DNA of 64,000 nucleotides from Vampirovibrionaceae bacterium NZW_1234. GTDB taxonomy: Bacteria; Cyanobacteriota; Vampirovibrionia; Vampirovibrionales; JAGQHJ01. The position numbers and the translations under genes were made by a program. The DNA is taken from the NCBI GenBank assembly GCA_041697335.1, contig JBGUGD010000002.1, positions 160,001 to 224,000 on the forward strand, written 5' to 3'. Under the pieces are notes generated by a model, which saw nothing but the letters and a program-made list of their open reading frames with translations, made no database searches and was not told the DNA's origin. Positions 1 to 10,915 of the stretch are shown piece by piece; positions within the stretch are counted from its first letter, which is position 1, and each line of letters opens with the position of its first letter.

Positions 1-174
1 GGCTTATCCTTGGCCTTATATTTGGGCCGAAAATATCAATCGGCCAACTTTATTGGGCTTTGGGTACCTTCATTGCTAGGCTTGGGCATTTATCTGAAGG
101 AAAATAAAGTATTGGATCTACAGAAGAAAATGATTCAACAACAGCCTAATGTCAGCTCCTTGGGAATGAGCTAA
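1..174 (+). CDS. 3' end of a small membrane protein (partial, starts before window)
   Basis: Frame +1 is open from base 1 to TAA at 172-174: GLSLALYLGRKYQSANFIGLWVPSLLGLGIYLKENK..., with a hydrophobic segment. Confidence 0.55.
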   Translation, partial: GLSLALYLGRKYQSANFIGLWVPSLLGLGIYLKENKVLDLQKKMIQQQPNVSSLGMS

Positions 175-391
175 GGGCTGCTTTTCGGCAAAACGAGAAA
201 GACCGAATCCGGACTCGGCAATGATTCCCATTGTATACTTTTGCGATATTCCTTCGAAGCCTGTCCATTGAGTGATTTGACGATGGGCAAGGTCCTTCAT
301 AGAATGGAAGAATCAATATACTGCCTTAGCGCAATATCCTGGCTTGAGCTGTTTTATAGCGCTAGTAGGATTTGATGGGTTATTATTGCCG

Positions 392-1495
392 ATGTCCGTA
401 TCCGGAATTTTGTTGAAGCCTGCCATTGCTTCAGGGTTGACATTTGCGAAACGTTCGCACGATTTGGTGCCGCTTCGTTTCGGTAACCAGCCAGAAGCGC
501 GCTCGATATTGTTGGAAGGCATTCTCAATCGTGCTCAAAAGCCCCTTCCAAAAACGACCTGGGATGTGGTCGATCAATATCGCTTCTTAGGGACGATTCT
601 AGTCTGTTCGTTATTTGCGAATCTTGCACATTTGGCCAGCCGACTGATTCCCTGGTTTAAGCGCTTACAAAACAAGTTGGAAAGCTGGGCCATTTTCCAA
701 TCCTCATCTACAGCAAGTATTCAGAAGCTTGCTTCAACACGCCTGCGTGAGGAAATTGGTGAGGAACGCTACTTTACAACGCCTCAAGGGAACAAAATTC
801 ATTATTGGTATGTTCCGGCAAAAGGGGATAAGCCAACCGTTCTTTATGCGCACGGCAATTTTGGTAATATGAATCATCGTGAGTATATTATTGACCAGTT
901 TACCAAGGCAGGGTATGGGTTTATGATTTTCGATCCCCGAGGCTATGGCAATAGTACGGGGCAATCTTCGGAAGAAGGAATGTATGAAGATTACGAAGCC
1001 GCAAGCCGCCATCTGGAGAAGCGGCATCGGATTCCGTTAGCAAACCAAATTGCCGCCGGGGAATCCCTCGGAGGCGGAATTGTAACCCATGTGGCGCAGA
1101 CTCGAAAGTTCAAGGCTGTTATCTTATGTGCTACTTTTACATCAATTCCTGATGTGTTTCGGCATTTGAAGTCTCGATTTTCTTTACTGGGGTGGTTTTT
1201 ACCTTCAGAAGATAAAGTACAGCAGCAGTTTCGCTCCCTGGATAAGATTGCTAATATCAAATCCCCGCTGGTATTTATCCATGGGGACTTTGACGATGTT
1301 GTCCCAATGTCGATGACCAGACGGTTGTTTCAAGAGGCGCGCCAAACCCCGTTGAAATGTTATATTACGGTTCGAGGGGCGGAGCACTGTGTCAATGCAT
1401 TCCCCTTCGATCAATTAATCCCTCGCCTGGGTGCCTTTATCCAAAAGGTTGATGCCTTAAAAACCGCTAATAGGACTACGGATTCCGCCCGATAA
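392..1495 (+). CDS. Alpha/beta hydrolase (ABHD12/13-like) with N-terminal RFG extension
   Basis: HGNFGN, DPRGYGNS, GESLGG nucleophile elbow, HGDFDDVVP, GAEH; start moved to ATG 392 (ORF track 344). Confidence 0.85.
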   Translation: MSVSGILLKPAIASGLTFAKRSHDLVPLRFGNQPEARSILLEGILNRAQKPLPKTTWDVVDQYRFLGTILVCSLFANLAHLASRLIPWFKRLQNKLESWAIFQSSSTASIQKLASTRLREEIGEERYFTTPQGNKIHYWYVPAKGDKPTVLYAHGNFGNMNHREYIIDQFTKAGYGFMIFDPRGYGNSTGQSSEEGMYEDYEAASRHLEKRHRIPLANQIAAGESLGGGIVTHVAQTRKFKAVILCATFTSIPDVFRHLKSRFSLLGWFLPSEDKVQQQFRSLDKIANIKSPLVFIHGDFDDVVPMSMTRRLFQEARQTPLKCYITVRGAEHCVNAFPFDQLIPRLGAFIQKVDALKTANRTTDSAR

Positions 1496-1582
1496 TATCT
1501 CCTGCGTTATTCCGGAAGCAGCAAGTTATGCGCAACTTTTATCGCTTCTCCGGTTTTTATGCAGGTATAGCGTAGAGATAGA

Positions 1583-3745
1583 TTGTGTGTTGGAGTCGTG
1601 GGAAAAAGAGACCAGTTGACTTTTTTACGGGCGCAACGTCGACGAACACCTGTGTTATGGGCGTTACTTTTGGTATTTTTGGTCGCGCTGCCTTGGGTAA
1701 TTGAGGGGTTGGATAGTATTGAATTGCATCACTTCGAAGACCGCCAGCGTCAGATCCTTGAGAATCGTTATAATAGCGGGATTGTGTTAGTTGAAGTGGA
1801 TAATGTATCTCAAAATGACCAGACGATTCGCTCGCTCTTTGGACGTTACCCTTGGCGTCGTGAGATTTATGCTTATCTTTTGCGGTTTTCCCAACGGGCA
1901 CAGAGTAAAGCCGTTTTAATGGAGGCGTCCTTTACCGGCGGGGCTGATATTGATCATCCTGAGTCGGATCAGGCCTTTATTGATGCGATCTCTCCTAAGG
2001 TACCCGTGATTACCAGTTTAAGTGAAGCCAGCAAGGTTGATTTGGCGCCGTTCGAATCCGCCTCGGAGCGAGAAGCTATGTTTGAAGCACTGTCTCGTGA
2101 ATGGCGTAACATTGAAGGGCCACCCATTGTTGATGTGCATTTTTATGATGCATTTGAGGTCCCCTTTGAGAGAATTGTGCGTTCTCCCGCGTATTTTTAC
2201 CCATTGGATGATTTGGTTTTTGATGCCAATGGGAAGGTCCGTCAGGTCGTTTTGTTCGGGCGCGGTAAGATTCGCAATGGAATTCCAACTTGGCCGGTTG
2301 CCCCCTTTGTATTGAATCCATCAGCCAAAGTGGTGACGACACCGCAAGGTGAGCTGATTTTAGGGACGCATAAGGTTCATTTGCGAGGTGAAGCAAATCC
2401 TATTATTAATTGGTACGGCAATGTCTCCAAGTCGGGCCAAAAAATTTATCCGAGATACTCACTTTCGCACGTCGTGAAATCCCAGATGGCATGGGAATGC
2501 CGTCAAAATCCTAAGCTGTCTGTCTGTCATCGCTTTGATTATAAGAATACGCCGTTGTTGGATCCGGTGATCTTTCATCAACGCTATGTGCTGGTGGGGT
2601 ATAACTCCAGCTGGTTCGATTCACATACATACTCTACGCTATATGACCGGGAGAACCATTCTCAAAAATATCCAAACTTGTTTATTCAGGCCAATATCCT
2701 GGACAACTTGATCCATGACGATTTCATTGGCCGTCCTGGTTGGCGGATTCCAATTCCTTGGGGCCAAGGGAAATCCGTATCTCTCGTTACCGGATTGATT
2801 TGCTTTCTCCTATTTGTCTCTACTTATATTTTGGCCAATCGCATTCGCTCCGTATTATTCAGTTTATTTTGGGTTATTGTTTTGGGCGGCGTTTATAGCT
2901 GGTTGACTGTGTTTGCCTATCATCACTGGAATTTGTGGTTGAATTGGGCCTACCCTATTGCTTCCATGGGTGTGACTTATGTGAGTACATACCTGTATCG
3001 CTTTACCCAGGCCGAAAAGCGCAAGCACCAGTTACGCATGGCCTTTGCTAAGTACATGTCTCCCACCTCAATGGCCTATATCGAGAAGCATATGGATAGT
3101 ACACAGCTTCGCAGCCAGAAGCGCCAACTCACGTATCTTTTTTGCGATATTCGCGGTTTTACCACCTTTGCCGAGCAAAATCCTCCGGCTCGGGTTCAGG
3201 CGGTTCTGACAGAATACTTCACCCAGATGAATGCCGTCATTTTGCATGACTATCGGGGCGTGATTAACAAACTGATTGGAGATGCGATTCTGGCTTATTG
3301 GGGTTTTCCGATTGAAAGCAAGAATGATGCTGTGATGGCGGTCTCTGCGGCATTAGAGATGAAGGCCCTGAATCAGGCCTGGTTGGATGATCCGACCAAA
3401 CCGCCGCTTCGGATTGGTATAGGCATTAATACGGGTGAAGGTATGGTCGGGGATATCGGTTCTCAGGATTTTATGGATTTCACCGTCATTGGTGACAGTG
3501 TCAATACGGCAGCCCGCCTTGAAAAACTAAACAAGACCTTTGGTACGACCATCATTATTTCCAAGGCAACGTATGATTTGGTTAAGGATCATATTGAAGC
3601 CCGTTATTTAGGAACGGTTGAGCTTCCTGGCAAGTCTCAGCGTGTGGAGGTATACGAACCCTTAACGCTAAAAGCTCCCATACCGACGAAGGTGGGGAAA
3701 ACGGTCTTAGTCGGAAACCCGTCGACGGCTGACTCGTTTCATTGA
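1583..3745 (+). CDS. CHASE2-domain membrane adenylate/guanylate cyclase (class III)
   Basis: CHASE2-like GRYPWRR and N-terminal TM; three TM helices; catalytic motifs FCDIRGFT, KLIGDAI, GIGINTG, DFTVIGDSVNTAARLE; start uncertain. Confidence 0.9.
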   Translation: MCVGVVGKRDQLTFLRAQRRRTPVLWALLLVFLVALPWVIEGLDSIELHHFEDRQRQILENRYNSGIVLVEVDNVSQNDQTIRSLFGRYPWRREIYAYLLRFSQRAQSKAVLMEASFTGGADIDHPESDQAFIDAISPKVPVITSLSEASKVDLAPFESASEREAMFEALSREWRNIEGPPIVDVHFYDAFEVPFERIVRSPAYFYPLDDLVFDANGKVRQVVLFGRGKIRNGIPTWPVAPFVLNPSAKVVTTPQGELILGTHKVHLRGEANPIINWYGNVSKSGQKIYPRYSLSHVVKSQMAWECRQNPKLSVCHRFDYKNTPLLDPVIFHQRYVLVGYNSSWFDSHTYSTLYDRENHSQKYPNLFIQANILDNLIHDDFIGRPGWRIPIPWGQGKSVSLVTGLICFLLFVSTYILANRIRSVLFSLFWVIVLGGVYSWLTVFAYHHWNLWLNWAYPIASMGVTYVSTYLYRFTQAEKRKHQLRMAFAKYMSPTSMAYIEKHMDSTQLRSQKRQLTYLFCDIRGFTTFAEQNPPARVQAVLTEYFTQMNAVILHDYRGVINKLIGDAILAYWGFPIESKNDAVMAVSAALEMKALNQAWLDDPTKPPLRIGIGINTGEGMVGDIGSQDFMDFTVIGDSVNTAARLEKLNKTFGTTIIISKATYDLVKDHIEARYLGTVELPGKSQRVEVYEPLTLKAPIPTKVGKTVLVGNPSTADSFH

Positions 3746-3987
3746 TTTTTCTTGAATATTGTGACCTGTGTCATGCTTTATTTGAGGAGCAAAACTTAAT
3801 TGACGAACGCCCTTTTATTACTTGGTAATCGATAAGCCTATTTTAACAAAAGCAATAATAGGGTGTTACAAAGTAATGAAAAGGGAATGTATCACGGGTT
3901 TTATGCCCATACAGGAATATAATGGGACGTTGACTTCGTACATGGGTGTGAGGGAATAGTCGTCAGAGATTGGGAAAGGATATTTGT

Positions 3988-4935
3988 ATGGTAGCGATTG
4001 ATGGTAAAACCGGCCCGAAAGGGGCGGGTGTTGGCAACTACGGTTATAATGCCGGAGATGCATTGGTGAAGGTGCTGGACAAGTCACTCGAGGGTCCTAT
4101 CTCTAATGAGGACAAGGAGGTTATGAAGAAACTGACTGTGCGGTACAGTCCTGAAACCAAACCGACAGTGCCGGATTATGCAAACGTGTTCGGCATGACC
4201 CAGCGCTTAATGGAGCGCTTGGATAAGGATGGCGATGGGAATATTCAGCGAGGGGAAATTACCAATTTGTTGAATCGGAAGCTGTCTGGTGTAGAAGCTT
4301 TTGGCTTCGGTATTGTCGATGTTAACAATGACAAGCAAATCAGCTTTGAAGAGGCCGCAGCTACATTAATTCACCTGGATCAGAATAATAAGAATTTTGA
4401 TGGACAAATTGATGCAAAGGAAGCCACTGGGGGGATTGGCATATTTAGCGGAGCTAAGATCAAAAAGATTATGGAGTCACCAGCATTTAAGACGCAGTTG
4501 GCTGAATATAAAGAGGCAAAGAGCAAACCCTCGGTTAAAGCGGTCACTGTTAGCGATGAGAAGCCCGTCGCCAAACCTGCAGATAAACCCGCCGACAAGG
4601 CAACGGAAAAAAATGTCGATAAACCAGTGGCTAAGCCCAAAACACCAGCGACAATTACACCCATGGATCCTAAATTCATCCAATTTATGAAAGATTCGGC
4701 AGGCAAATCCAAGATTACCCTGAAAACCTTTACGGGATATGTGGATGAATGGAATAGAACTCATGCCGAGCGAGAAGGCAATGGCTGTATTACGGCTACC
4801 GGTAAAGATTTGCAGAATTTCTTTAAACAGCTTCGGAAGGGGCATAATAACTGGGGGATCGATCTTAGCATTACATCTCGAGATCTGGATTCGTTGTTGA
4901 ATAAAGCGACCCCGGAACAGCGCAAATATCGATAA
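3988..4935 (+). CDS. EF-hand-containing hypothetical protein
   Basis: EF-hand-like loops DKDGDGNIQRGE and DVNNDKQISFEE; Lys/Pro-rich linker; SD AAAGGA upstream of ATG 3988. Confidence 0.7.
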   Translation: MVAIDGKTGPKGAGVGNYGYNAGDALVKVLDKSLEGPISNEDKEVMKKLTVRYSPETKPTVPDYANVFGMTQRLMERLDKDGDGNIQRGEITNLLNRKLSGVEAFGFGIVDVNNDKQISFEEAAATLIHLDQNNKNFDGQIDAKEATGGIGIFSGAKIKKIMESPAFKTQLAEYKEAKSKPSVKAVTVSDEKPVAKPADKPADKATEKNVDKPVAKPKTPATITPMDPKFIQFMKDSAGKSKITLKTFTGYVDEWNRTHAEREGNGCITATGKDLQNFFKQLRKGHNNWGIDLSITSRDLDSLLNKATPEQRKYR

Positions 4936-5179
4936 CACTGGTTTTTCTTACTTTAGGCCTTCTGCCCCGAACGACATCTATCGAAGTCTTTTGGGGCAAT
5001 ATGCTTCTCTTGGAATGGTTTAAGCCTAATTCTTAAAAAATGATTGTTAAATTTTTGTTGTAAAAGATATACCACTTAACAAAAAACTAATGATTGATCA
5101 TTTTTATACACATACGGTCTATTTGAAAACAATGTGGACATAGGTAATCAGTAAGGTCACACAAGGGAGTGCTGGGAAA

Positions 5180-6277
5180 ATGGTCAATCGCATGCTTTTA
5201 AATCCAAATGGTAATTTCGTCGGTGGTGCCGGCTTCGGCATGAACGCCAATTTACGCTTGAACTTGGCATTAAATGCAAGTCTTCGTTTTAATGGCAATT
5301 TTGGTACAGCCAGTTCGTTACCCATTGGTTTGGGTACCGGTTGGGGTAGCGGCACCGGTTTCGGGGTCAACCCGGGCTGGGGTAGCGGTATCGGGTTTAA
5401 TCCCAATCTGGGTATTGGCTTGGGTGGCAATGCTAGCTTCGGTATGAATCCGGGCTGGGGGCTGAACCCTGGGTTTGGAATGAATCCCGGCTGGGGCGTT
5501 AATCCCGGCTTTGGAATGAATCCCGGTTTGGCTGGTGGTGGTGCCGGCTTTGGCTGGGGTGGCGGTGCTGGAGGTTTTGGCAGCGTAGGTTTTAATCCTG
5601 GATTTGGAACCTCTGGCTTTGGTACCGGTGGTTTTGGTGTCACCATTAGCGGCAATATCAATTGGAATATGGCTGGAGGTATTGGCGGTCGTGTCAATAC
5701 GGGTGGCGGCATAGGCGGCACTGTGACCGGTGGTGGTACAGTGACGGGAGGCGGTACTGTCACAGGAACAATCCCAGCACCTCGCCCTCGTCGTCGTGAC
5801 CCCTTGGCCTTGGATATGGGCAGTGGTATCGGGGTTCAACGCACCAATAATGGCTTTGATTTAACCGGTCGTGGCAATCGTGCGGCCGAGTGGTTCCGTC
5901 CCGCAGGTGATCAGACTCCGGCCATTGTTGTTCGCCCTGATGCAGATGGTCAGGTTCGGGATGGTCGAAACCTGTTTGGAGATGCCAATGGGGATCGCAA
6001 CGGTTTTAATGCGCTGGCTCGCTATGATGATAACCGGGATGGCCGTGTGGACGCCCAAGAGGCCCTGCGTCACGGAATTGCTCTGTGGCAGGATCGCAAT
6101 GGCAATGGCCGTGTAGACGCCGGTGAAATGAGCAGCTTCGGCCAGCTTGGCGTAGCCTCTATTGATACGAATTACCGTGAGACCAATGATGAAGTTTTAC
6201 GGCAGCAAGGGCGTTTTACCCGGACTAACGGAACAACCGGCCTTGCGGCTGATGCTTGGTTGGCAAGCCGGTCTTAA
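5180..6277 (+). CDS. Gly/Asn/Phe-rich repeat protein with C-terminal EF-hand-like Ca-binding domain (DPLxLD type)
   Basis: NPGWG/NPGFG repeats; C-terminal DPLALD...NGFNALARYDDNRDGRVD...LWQDRNGNGRVDAGE...LGVASID module as seen in RTX/hemolysin-type Ca-binding proteins; SD GGGAG. Confidence 0.75.
   Translation: MVNRMLLNPNGNFVGGAGFGMNANLRLNLALNASLRFNGNFGTASSLPIGLGTGWGSGTGFGVNPGWGSGIGFNPNLGIGLGGNASFGMNPGWGLNPGFGMNPGWGVNPGFGMNPGLAGGGAGFGWGGGAGGFGSVGFNPGFGTSGFGTGGFGVTISGNINWNMAGGIGGRVNTGGGIGGTVTGGGTVTGGGTVTGTIPAPRPRRRDPLALDMGSGIGVQRTNNGFDLTGRGNRAAEWFRPAGDQTPAIVVRPDADGQVRDGRNLFGDANGDRNGFNALARYDDNRDGRVDAQEALRHGIALWQDRNGNGRVDAGEMSSFGQLGVASIDTNYRETNDEVLRQQGRFTRTNGTTGLAADAWLASRS
5445..5530 (+). repeat. 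18-nt (6-aa) tandem coding repeat NPG[WF]G[LMV]
   Basis: MNPGWGL-NPGFGM-NPGWGV-NPGFGM-NPG. Confidence 0.8.
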
Positions 6278-6301
6278 ACTTCTTATTCCTGGGAACACCG
6301 C

Positions 6302-6338
6302 GACATACCCGATGCTGAGATAGGTGTCGGGTATTGTC
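6302..6338. terminator. Hairpin between convergent genes
   Basis: TACCCGATGCT / GGTGTCGGGTA inverted repeat (with G-U pairs). Confidence 0.5.
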
Positions 6339-6353
6339 CTGCTTAACCGAGAT

Positions 6354-7679
6354 TTAGGACACTAGGCAAGAGGGTGAGTTAAGTTCCGGGAGAACGTCTT
6401 CCACCATAATGGTTTGATCACGCTCGGGGCCGACGCTGACAATTGAAATGGGAACACCGGTTACTTCCGCCAAGCGATTCAGGAAGGTTTGCGCTTCCTG
6501 TGGCAGGGCTTCAAAACGACGGATGTCTCGAACGGAACCTTGCCAGCCTGGGAAGGTCTCGTAAATAGGATCCATTTTTTCCAGCAGGGCAATATGGCTG
6601 GGGAAGGTATTCACGACTTCCTGGGTTTCACGATTCCGGTAGGCAGTACACAGACGTAGTTCTTCGAGGCCTTCAAAAACATCAAGCTTTGTAATTGCAA
6701 GGCCATCCAAGCCGTTAATACGGGCAGAGTATTTCATGGCGACCGCATCAAACCAGCCGCAACGACGAGCACGACCTGTAGTCGTTCCGAATTCAGCCCC
6801 CACGGAAGCAAGGTGTGAACCGGCTTGATCGAACAGTTCGGTCGGGAAGGGGCCAGAACCGACACGGGTGGTATAGGCTTTAGCAATCCCAATAACCCGA
6901 CTGATGGCTTTAGGACCAATGCCGGAACCGGTACAGGCCCCACCAGCGGTAGGATTAGAGCTTGTGACGAAGGGATAGGTTCCATGATCCAAATCCAGCA
7001 TGGTCCCTTGGGCCCCTTCCAGAAGAATATTTTCATTTTGCGTCAATGCATCAGCCAATACGGAATCGGTATCACTGATGTAGGGGCTCAGTATGCCCCG
7101 ATAGTGATCGCATAAGGACATCATGCTGTCGACATTGATAGGCTCCAGGCCATAAGCTTTTGTTAGTACCGGATTCTTCTGAGTAGCAATGGTTTCGATA
7201 TGCTGCCGCAAGAGGTCTTTGGGCAGCAACAGATCACCGACTCTTAAACCGATACGGCCGACTTTGTCTTCGTATGTGGGGCCGATACCTCGGCGAGTGG
7301 TACCGATTTTTCCATCACCCATACTGTCTTCCTTGGCACAATCCATGGCAATGTGGTAAGGCAAAGTCAGGTGAGCCCGAGGGCTGACGAAAAGCCGACC
7401 CAATGTTTTGTTTCGTTCCTTAAGTTCGCGAAGCTCTTTTTCCAGAACCTCAACAGAGATGACGGTTCCTGGACCGATAATGCAGGTCTTGTCTTCATAG
7501 AGAATGCCGGAGGGAATCAAGTGAAATTTATAGGTTTCGCCGTTACGAACAACGGTATGTCCCGCATTGCAACCGCCTTGGTAACGCACAATATGCTGGG
7601 CGCGTTCGGCCAAGAGGTCAATAATTTTGGCTTTACCTTCGTCACCCCACTGGGCGCCGACGATGACAACGGCAGGCAT
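6354..7679 (-). CDS. purA: Adenylosuccinate synthetase
   Basis: GAQWGDEGK, GGCNAGHT, IGTTRRGIGPTY, EGAQG, TYPFVTSS, GTTTGRARRCGWFD. Confidence 0.98.
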   Translation of the reverse strand: MPAVVIVGAQWGDEGKAKIIDLLAERAQHIVRYQGGCNAGHTVVRNGETYKFHLIPSGILYEDKTCIIGPGTVISVEVLEKELRELKERNKTLGRLFVSPRAHLTLPYHIAMDCAKEDSMGDGKIGTTRRGIGPTYEDKVGRIGLRVGDLLLPKDLLRQHIETIATQKNPVLTKAYGLEPINVDSMMSLCDHYRGILSPYISDTDSVLADALTQNENILLEGAQGTMLDLDHGTYPFVTSSNPTAGGACTGSGIGPKAISRVIGIAKAYTTRVGSGPFPTELFDQAGSHLASVGAEFGTTTGRARRCGWFDAVAMKYSARINGLDGLAITKLDVFEGLEELRLCTAYRNRETQEVVNTFPSHIALLEKMDPIYETFPGWQGSVRDIRRFEALPQEAQTFLNRLAEVTGVPISIVSVGPERDQTIMVEDVLPELNSPSCLVS

Positions 7680-7979
7680 TGGTTTGCTTCTCCATTTCTA
7701 GGCTGGTTGCATTTAGGGTAAGAAGAAAGGCCGTGATTCAGCTCATTCCTCCCCTTGGCAGTATAGGTCAGTCCATGGTCAGGGTCAACTCTATTGGGCA
7801 TGCCTTCGCTTTCCTCACAAACAGCCTATGACGCAAGCAATTAAACGAGTTGTCGACTACCTTAACTTGTGATTTTCTCAATCCTTTGGAGGACGTTCGT
7901 TGGAGGGTGATAAAGGCTAGCCAAGGTGGGGTAAGATAGAGAGTGACACCAGTGTGTATTGTATGCGAGGTTTTACGTG

Positions 7980-8417
7980 ATGATTGATCGTTTTTTCACA
8001 AAACTGGCCTTGAGTAGTGTTGCGGGCGTGTTGATGCTGATGACTGTAGCCATGGGGATTGTTTATGCTGATCATACGGCACAAAGCCACAGCGTATCAA
8101 CCTCTGTCGCTAAGTCCTGGCAGGACTGGCAGCAACAAGCTGAAGCTCTTGAACAACAAGCGTTCCAGCTGATTAAGGCCTCCAGTAACCCTAGAACTGT
8201 CTCCTATGCCAAAGCTGGAGCCTTGTACAAGGAAGCGATGCGGTATTACTCGCTGGCTCAGCAGGGCTGTCTTGATGAAGCCAAGGCCCGACCTGAAGCA
8301 TCATCCCAGCTTCTGGAACAAGCCGAGCAGTTTGATATTAAGTCCAGAGAGGCATTGATGAAATCCCGTACCGCCTCCGGTGTTGTTTACTTCCGGGAAG
8401 TTCGCGGCTTGCTTTAA
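7980..8417 (+). CDS. Hypothetical secreted helical protein
   Basis: Hydrophobic signal ending VYA-D; SD GAGG; followed by terminator. Confidence 0.6.
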   Translation: MIDRFFTKLALSSVAGVLMLMTVAMGIVYADHTAQSHSVSTSVAKSWQDWQQQAEALEQQAFQLIKASSNPRTVSYAKAGALYKEAMRYYSLAQQGCLDEAKARPEASSQLLEQAEQFDIKSREALMKSRTASGVVYFREVRGLL

Positions 8418-8438
8418 GTTTCTACCTGAATCTAGAAC

Positions 8439-8476
8439 AAAAATCCCTGCCGATTCTGTGTCGGCAGGGATTTTTT
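8439..8476. terminator. Bidirectional intrinsic terminator
   Basis: AAAAATCCCTGCCGA-TTCTGTG-TCGGCAGGGATTTTTT. Confidence 0.9.
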
Positions 8477-8489
8477 CTGGTTTTTCTGA

Positions 8490-9380
8490 TTATACGGCCA
8501 CGCTGGCGGCATTCATGGCCTTTTGAATGGTTTCACCCAGGAGTGCTGGATTGTCGCAGACGGCGATGCCTGCTGCCCTGAGGGCGTCCATTTTTTCCTT
8601 GGCGGTGCCTTTGCCGCCAGAAATGATGGCTCCGGCGTGACCCATGCGTTTTCCTGGGGGAGCCGTTTGACCCGCAATGAAGCAAACCACCGGCTTGGTA
8701 ACATTGCGCTTAATATATTCAGCGGCTTCTTCTTCGGCGGAGCCTCCAATTTCACCGATCATGCAGATGGCTTTGGTTTCCGAGTCTGCCTGGAATGCTT
8801 CCAGACAGTCGATGAAGTTGGTGCCGTTCACTGGGTCGCCACCGATGCCAACGCAAGTTGATTGGCCAATGCCGAGTTGGGTTAGCTGGTGGACCACTTC
8901 GTAGGTCAAAGTACCGCTGCGGGACACGACGCCCACAGGACCCCGCTTATGGATATGACCAGGCATAATGCCGATTTTGCATTCATCCGGCGTAATCAGG
9001 CCTGGGCAGTTGGGCCCAATAAGGCGGGTGCGTTTACCTCGCATAAAGTTTTTCACTGTTAGCATATCGTTGACTGGAATGCCTTCAGTAATGCAAATGG
9101 CCAGATCCACATCGGCATCAACGGCTTCCATAATGGCATCAGCCGCAAATGGTGGGGGGACGAAGATGACTGAGACATTCGCTCCAGTGGCCTTTTTAGC
9201 TTCATGAACGGTGTTATAGACCGGTATTCTGTCCAAGACGGTAGTGCCGCCTTTGCCTGGAGTGACTCCGGCGACCACTTGTGTGCCGTACTTCAAGCAT
9301 TGCTCTGCGTGGAAGGAGCCTTCACGGCCGGTGATGCCTTGAACCACGATTTTCGAATTTTTATCTACCCAAATTGCCAT
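8490..9380 (-). CDS. sucD: Succinyl-CoA synthetase alpha subunit
   Basis: [36 protein letters not shown] (phospho-His). Confidence 0.98.
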   Translation of the reverse strand: MAIWVDKNSKIVVQGITGREGSFHAEQCLKYGTQVVAGVTPGKGGTTVLDRIPVYNTVHEAKKATGANVSVIFVPPPFAADAIMEAVDADVDLAICITEGIPVNDMLTVKNFMRGKRTRLIGPNCPGLITPDECKIGIMPGHIHKRGPVGVVSRSGTLTYEVVHQLTQLGIGQSTCVGIGGDPVNGTNFIDCLEAFQADSETKAICMIGEIGGSAEEEAAEYIKRNVTKPVVCFIAGQTAPPGKRMGHAGAIISGGKGTAKEKMDALRAAGIAVCDNPALLGETIQKAMNAASVAV

Positions 9381-9401
9381 AATTCGTGTTCCTTTCCTCG
9401 C

Positions 9402-10580
9402 TTATGCCACAGTACTAACCGTTTTAACGGCCTCGGCCACTTTCTCAGCAGCTTCTTTCATGGTGTCGGCCACCAGGAACTTGAGGCTGGAGTTCTGGAG
9501 AATCTCCTTACCCCGCTCTACATTGGTGCCCTCCATGCGGATAATAATGGGCAGCTTGACGTCGAGCTTGGAGGCGGCAGCTACCACGCCTTCGGCCAGC
9601 AAGTCGCAGCGAAGGATGCCGCCAAAGATATTGATCAACACGGCTTCCACGTTTTTATCGGACAAAAGGATACGAAACGCATTTTCAATGGCTTCGGCAT
9701 TGGCGCCGCCACCCACATCCAAAAAGTTGGCTGGACTGGCACCGTAGAGTTTAATAATGTCCATTGTGGCCATCGCCAAACCGGCACCGTTTACCATACA
9801 GCCTACATTACCATCGAGTTTAATGTAGTTGAGGTGGAATTTGGAGGCTTCAACTTCCAAGGGGTCCTCTTCATCATAATCCCGCATCTTCTGAACGTCC
9901 GGATGACGGTATAAGGCGTTGTCATCAAAGTTAACCTTGCCGTCCAGTGCTAAAACGCGGTTGTCTTTGGTAATAACCAGCGGATTTACTTCCACCATGG
10001 CACAGTCTTTTTGCCAGAAGAGCTTGTAAAGGCCGGTTAAGAGTTTTACGGCCTCACGGATGCAGGGTTCGGGAATCTCTAAGGCATAGGCCACTTTGCG
10101 AGCTTGGAACGCTTGCAGACCAATGGTTGGATCAACCCATTCTTTGATGATTTTCTCGGGTTGGGTCGCTGCCACTTCTTCAATATCCATGCCTCCTGCG
10201 GCGCTGGCCATAATCAGAGGCTTGCTAGTGGCTCTGTCTAGAATGATACTGACATACAGCTCTCGATCAATGTCGGAGCCTTCTTCTACCAGGACAGACT
10301 TAACTTTTTTGCCTTCAGGGCCGGTTTGGTGGGTTACCAACTGCATGCCCAGGATTTGAGTGGCCGCAGACTTTACGTCATCAATGGATTTGACAACTTT
10401 GACACCGCCACCTTTGCCGCGGCCGCCAGCGTGAATTTGAGCTTTCACGACATAGATAGGGCCGTTTAGCGATTTTGCTGCGTTTACGGCTTCATCTGGG
10501 GTGAACGCAACTTGGCCATTGGGTGTGGGCACTTCGTAGGAGCGAAAGAGTTCTTTGGCTTGGTATTCATGAATTTTCAT
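9402..10580 (-). CDS. sucC: Succinyl-CoA synthetase beta subunit
   Basis: [58 protein letters not shown]. Confidence 0.98.
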   Translation of the reverse strand: MKIHEYQAKELFRSYEVPTPNGQVAFTPDEAVNAAKSLNGPIYVVKAQIHAGGRGKGGGVKVVKSIDDVKSAATQILGMQLVTHQTGPEGKKVKSVLVEEGSDIDRELYVSIILDRATSKPLIMASAAGGMDIEEVAATQPEKIIKEWVDPTIGLQAFQARKVAYALEIPEPCIREAVKLLTGLYKLFWQKDCAMVEVNPLVITKDNRVLALDGKVNFDDNALYRHPDVQKMRDYDEEDPLEVEASKFHLNYIKLDGNVGCMVNGAGLAMATMDIIKLYGASPANFLDVGGGANAEAIENAFRILLSDKNVEAVLINIFGGILRCDLLAEGVVAAASKLDVKLPIIIRMEGTNVERGKEILQNSSLKFLVADTMKEAAEKVAEAVKTVSTVA

Positions 10581-10915
10581 GGAAGCAATGCCTCTTATGA
10601 CTGTCTATCACGGTTGGGTTAGTAGTGATATAGTGTACCGCAAACATAGCCGAAGCAAGAAATATCATCCCTGCTTGCCTAAGTTGTCTTCATTTGACAC
10701 TTCGAAGATACAATAGTGACATTGTAATGTTTATCAAAGTTGAGTCTGGTTTTGATAAGCGGTTGAGCGTTTAGAGTTCAGGTTCGCCTGCAAGTGATGT
10801 TTTAGGCTTGAAGTTAGGCAAAATAGCTTGAATAGGAAATAGTTTCACTGTTATTCGAAAAAGCTGTTGTAAGAAATCATTGGCAATATGCAGTAGTGCA
10901 CGTGGCCTGTTTACT

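Noticed and set aside
5119..5839. Pro-rich and Thr-rich minus-strand ORFs (likewise 20057-20926 and 41934-42359)
   Set aside because: Antisense shadows of low-complexity plus-strand genes that have SD sites and terminators.
10729..10760. Inverted repeat TTATCAAA/TTTGATAA upstream of sucC
   Set aside because: Single short repeat with an AT-rich stem; cannot distinguish operator, hairpin or chance.
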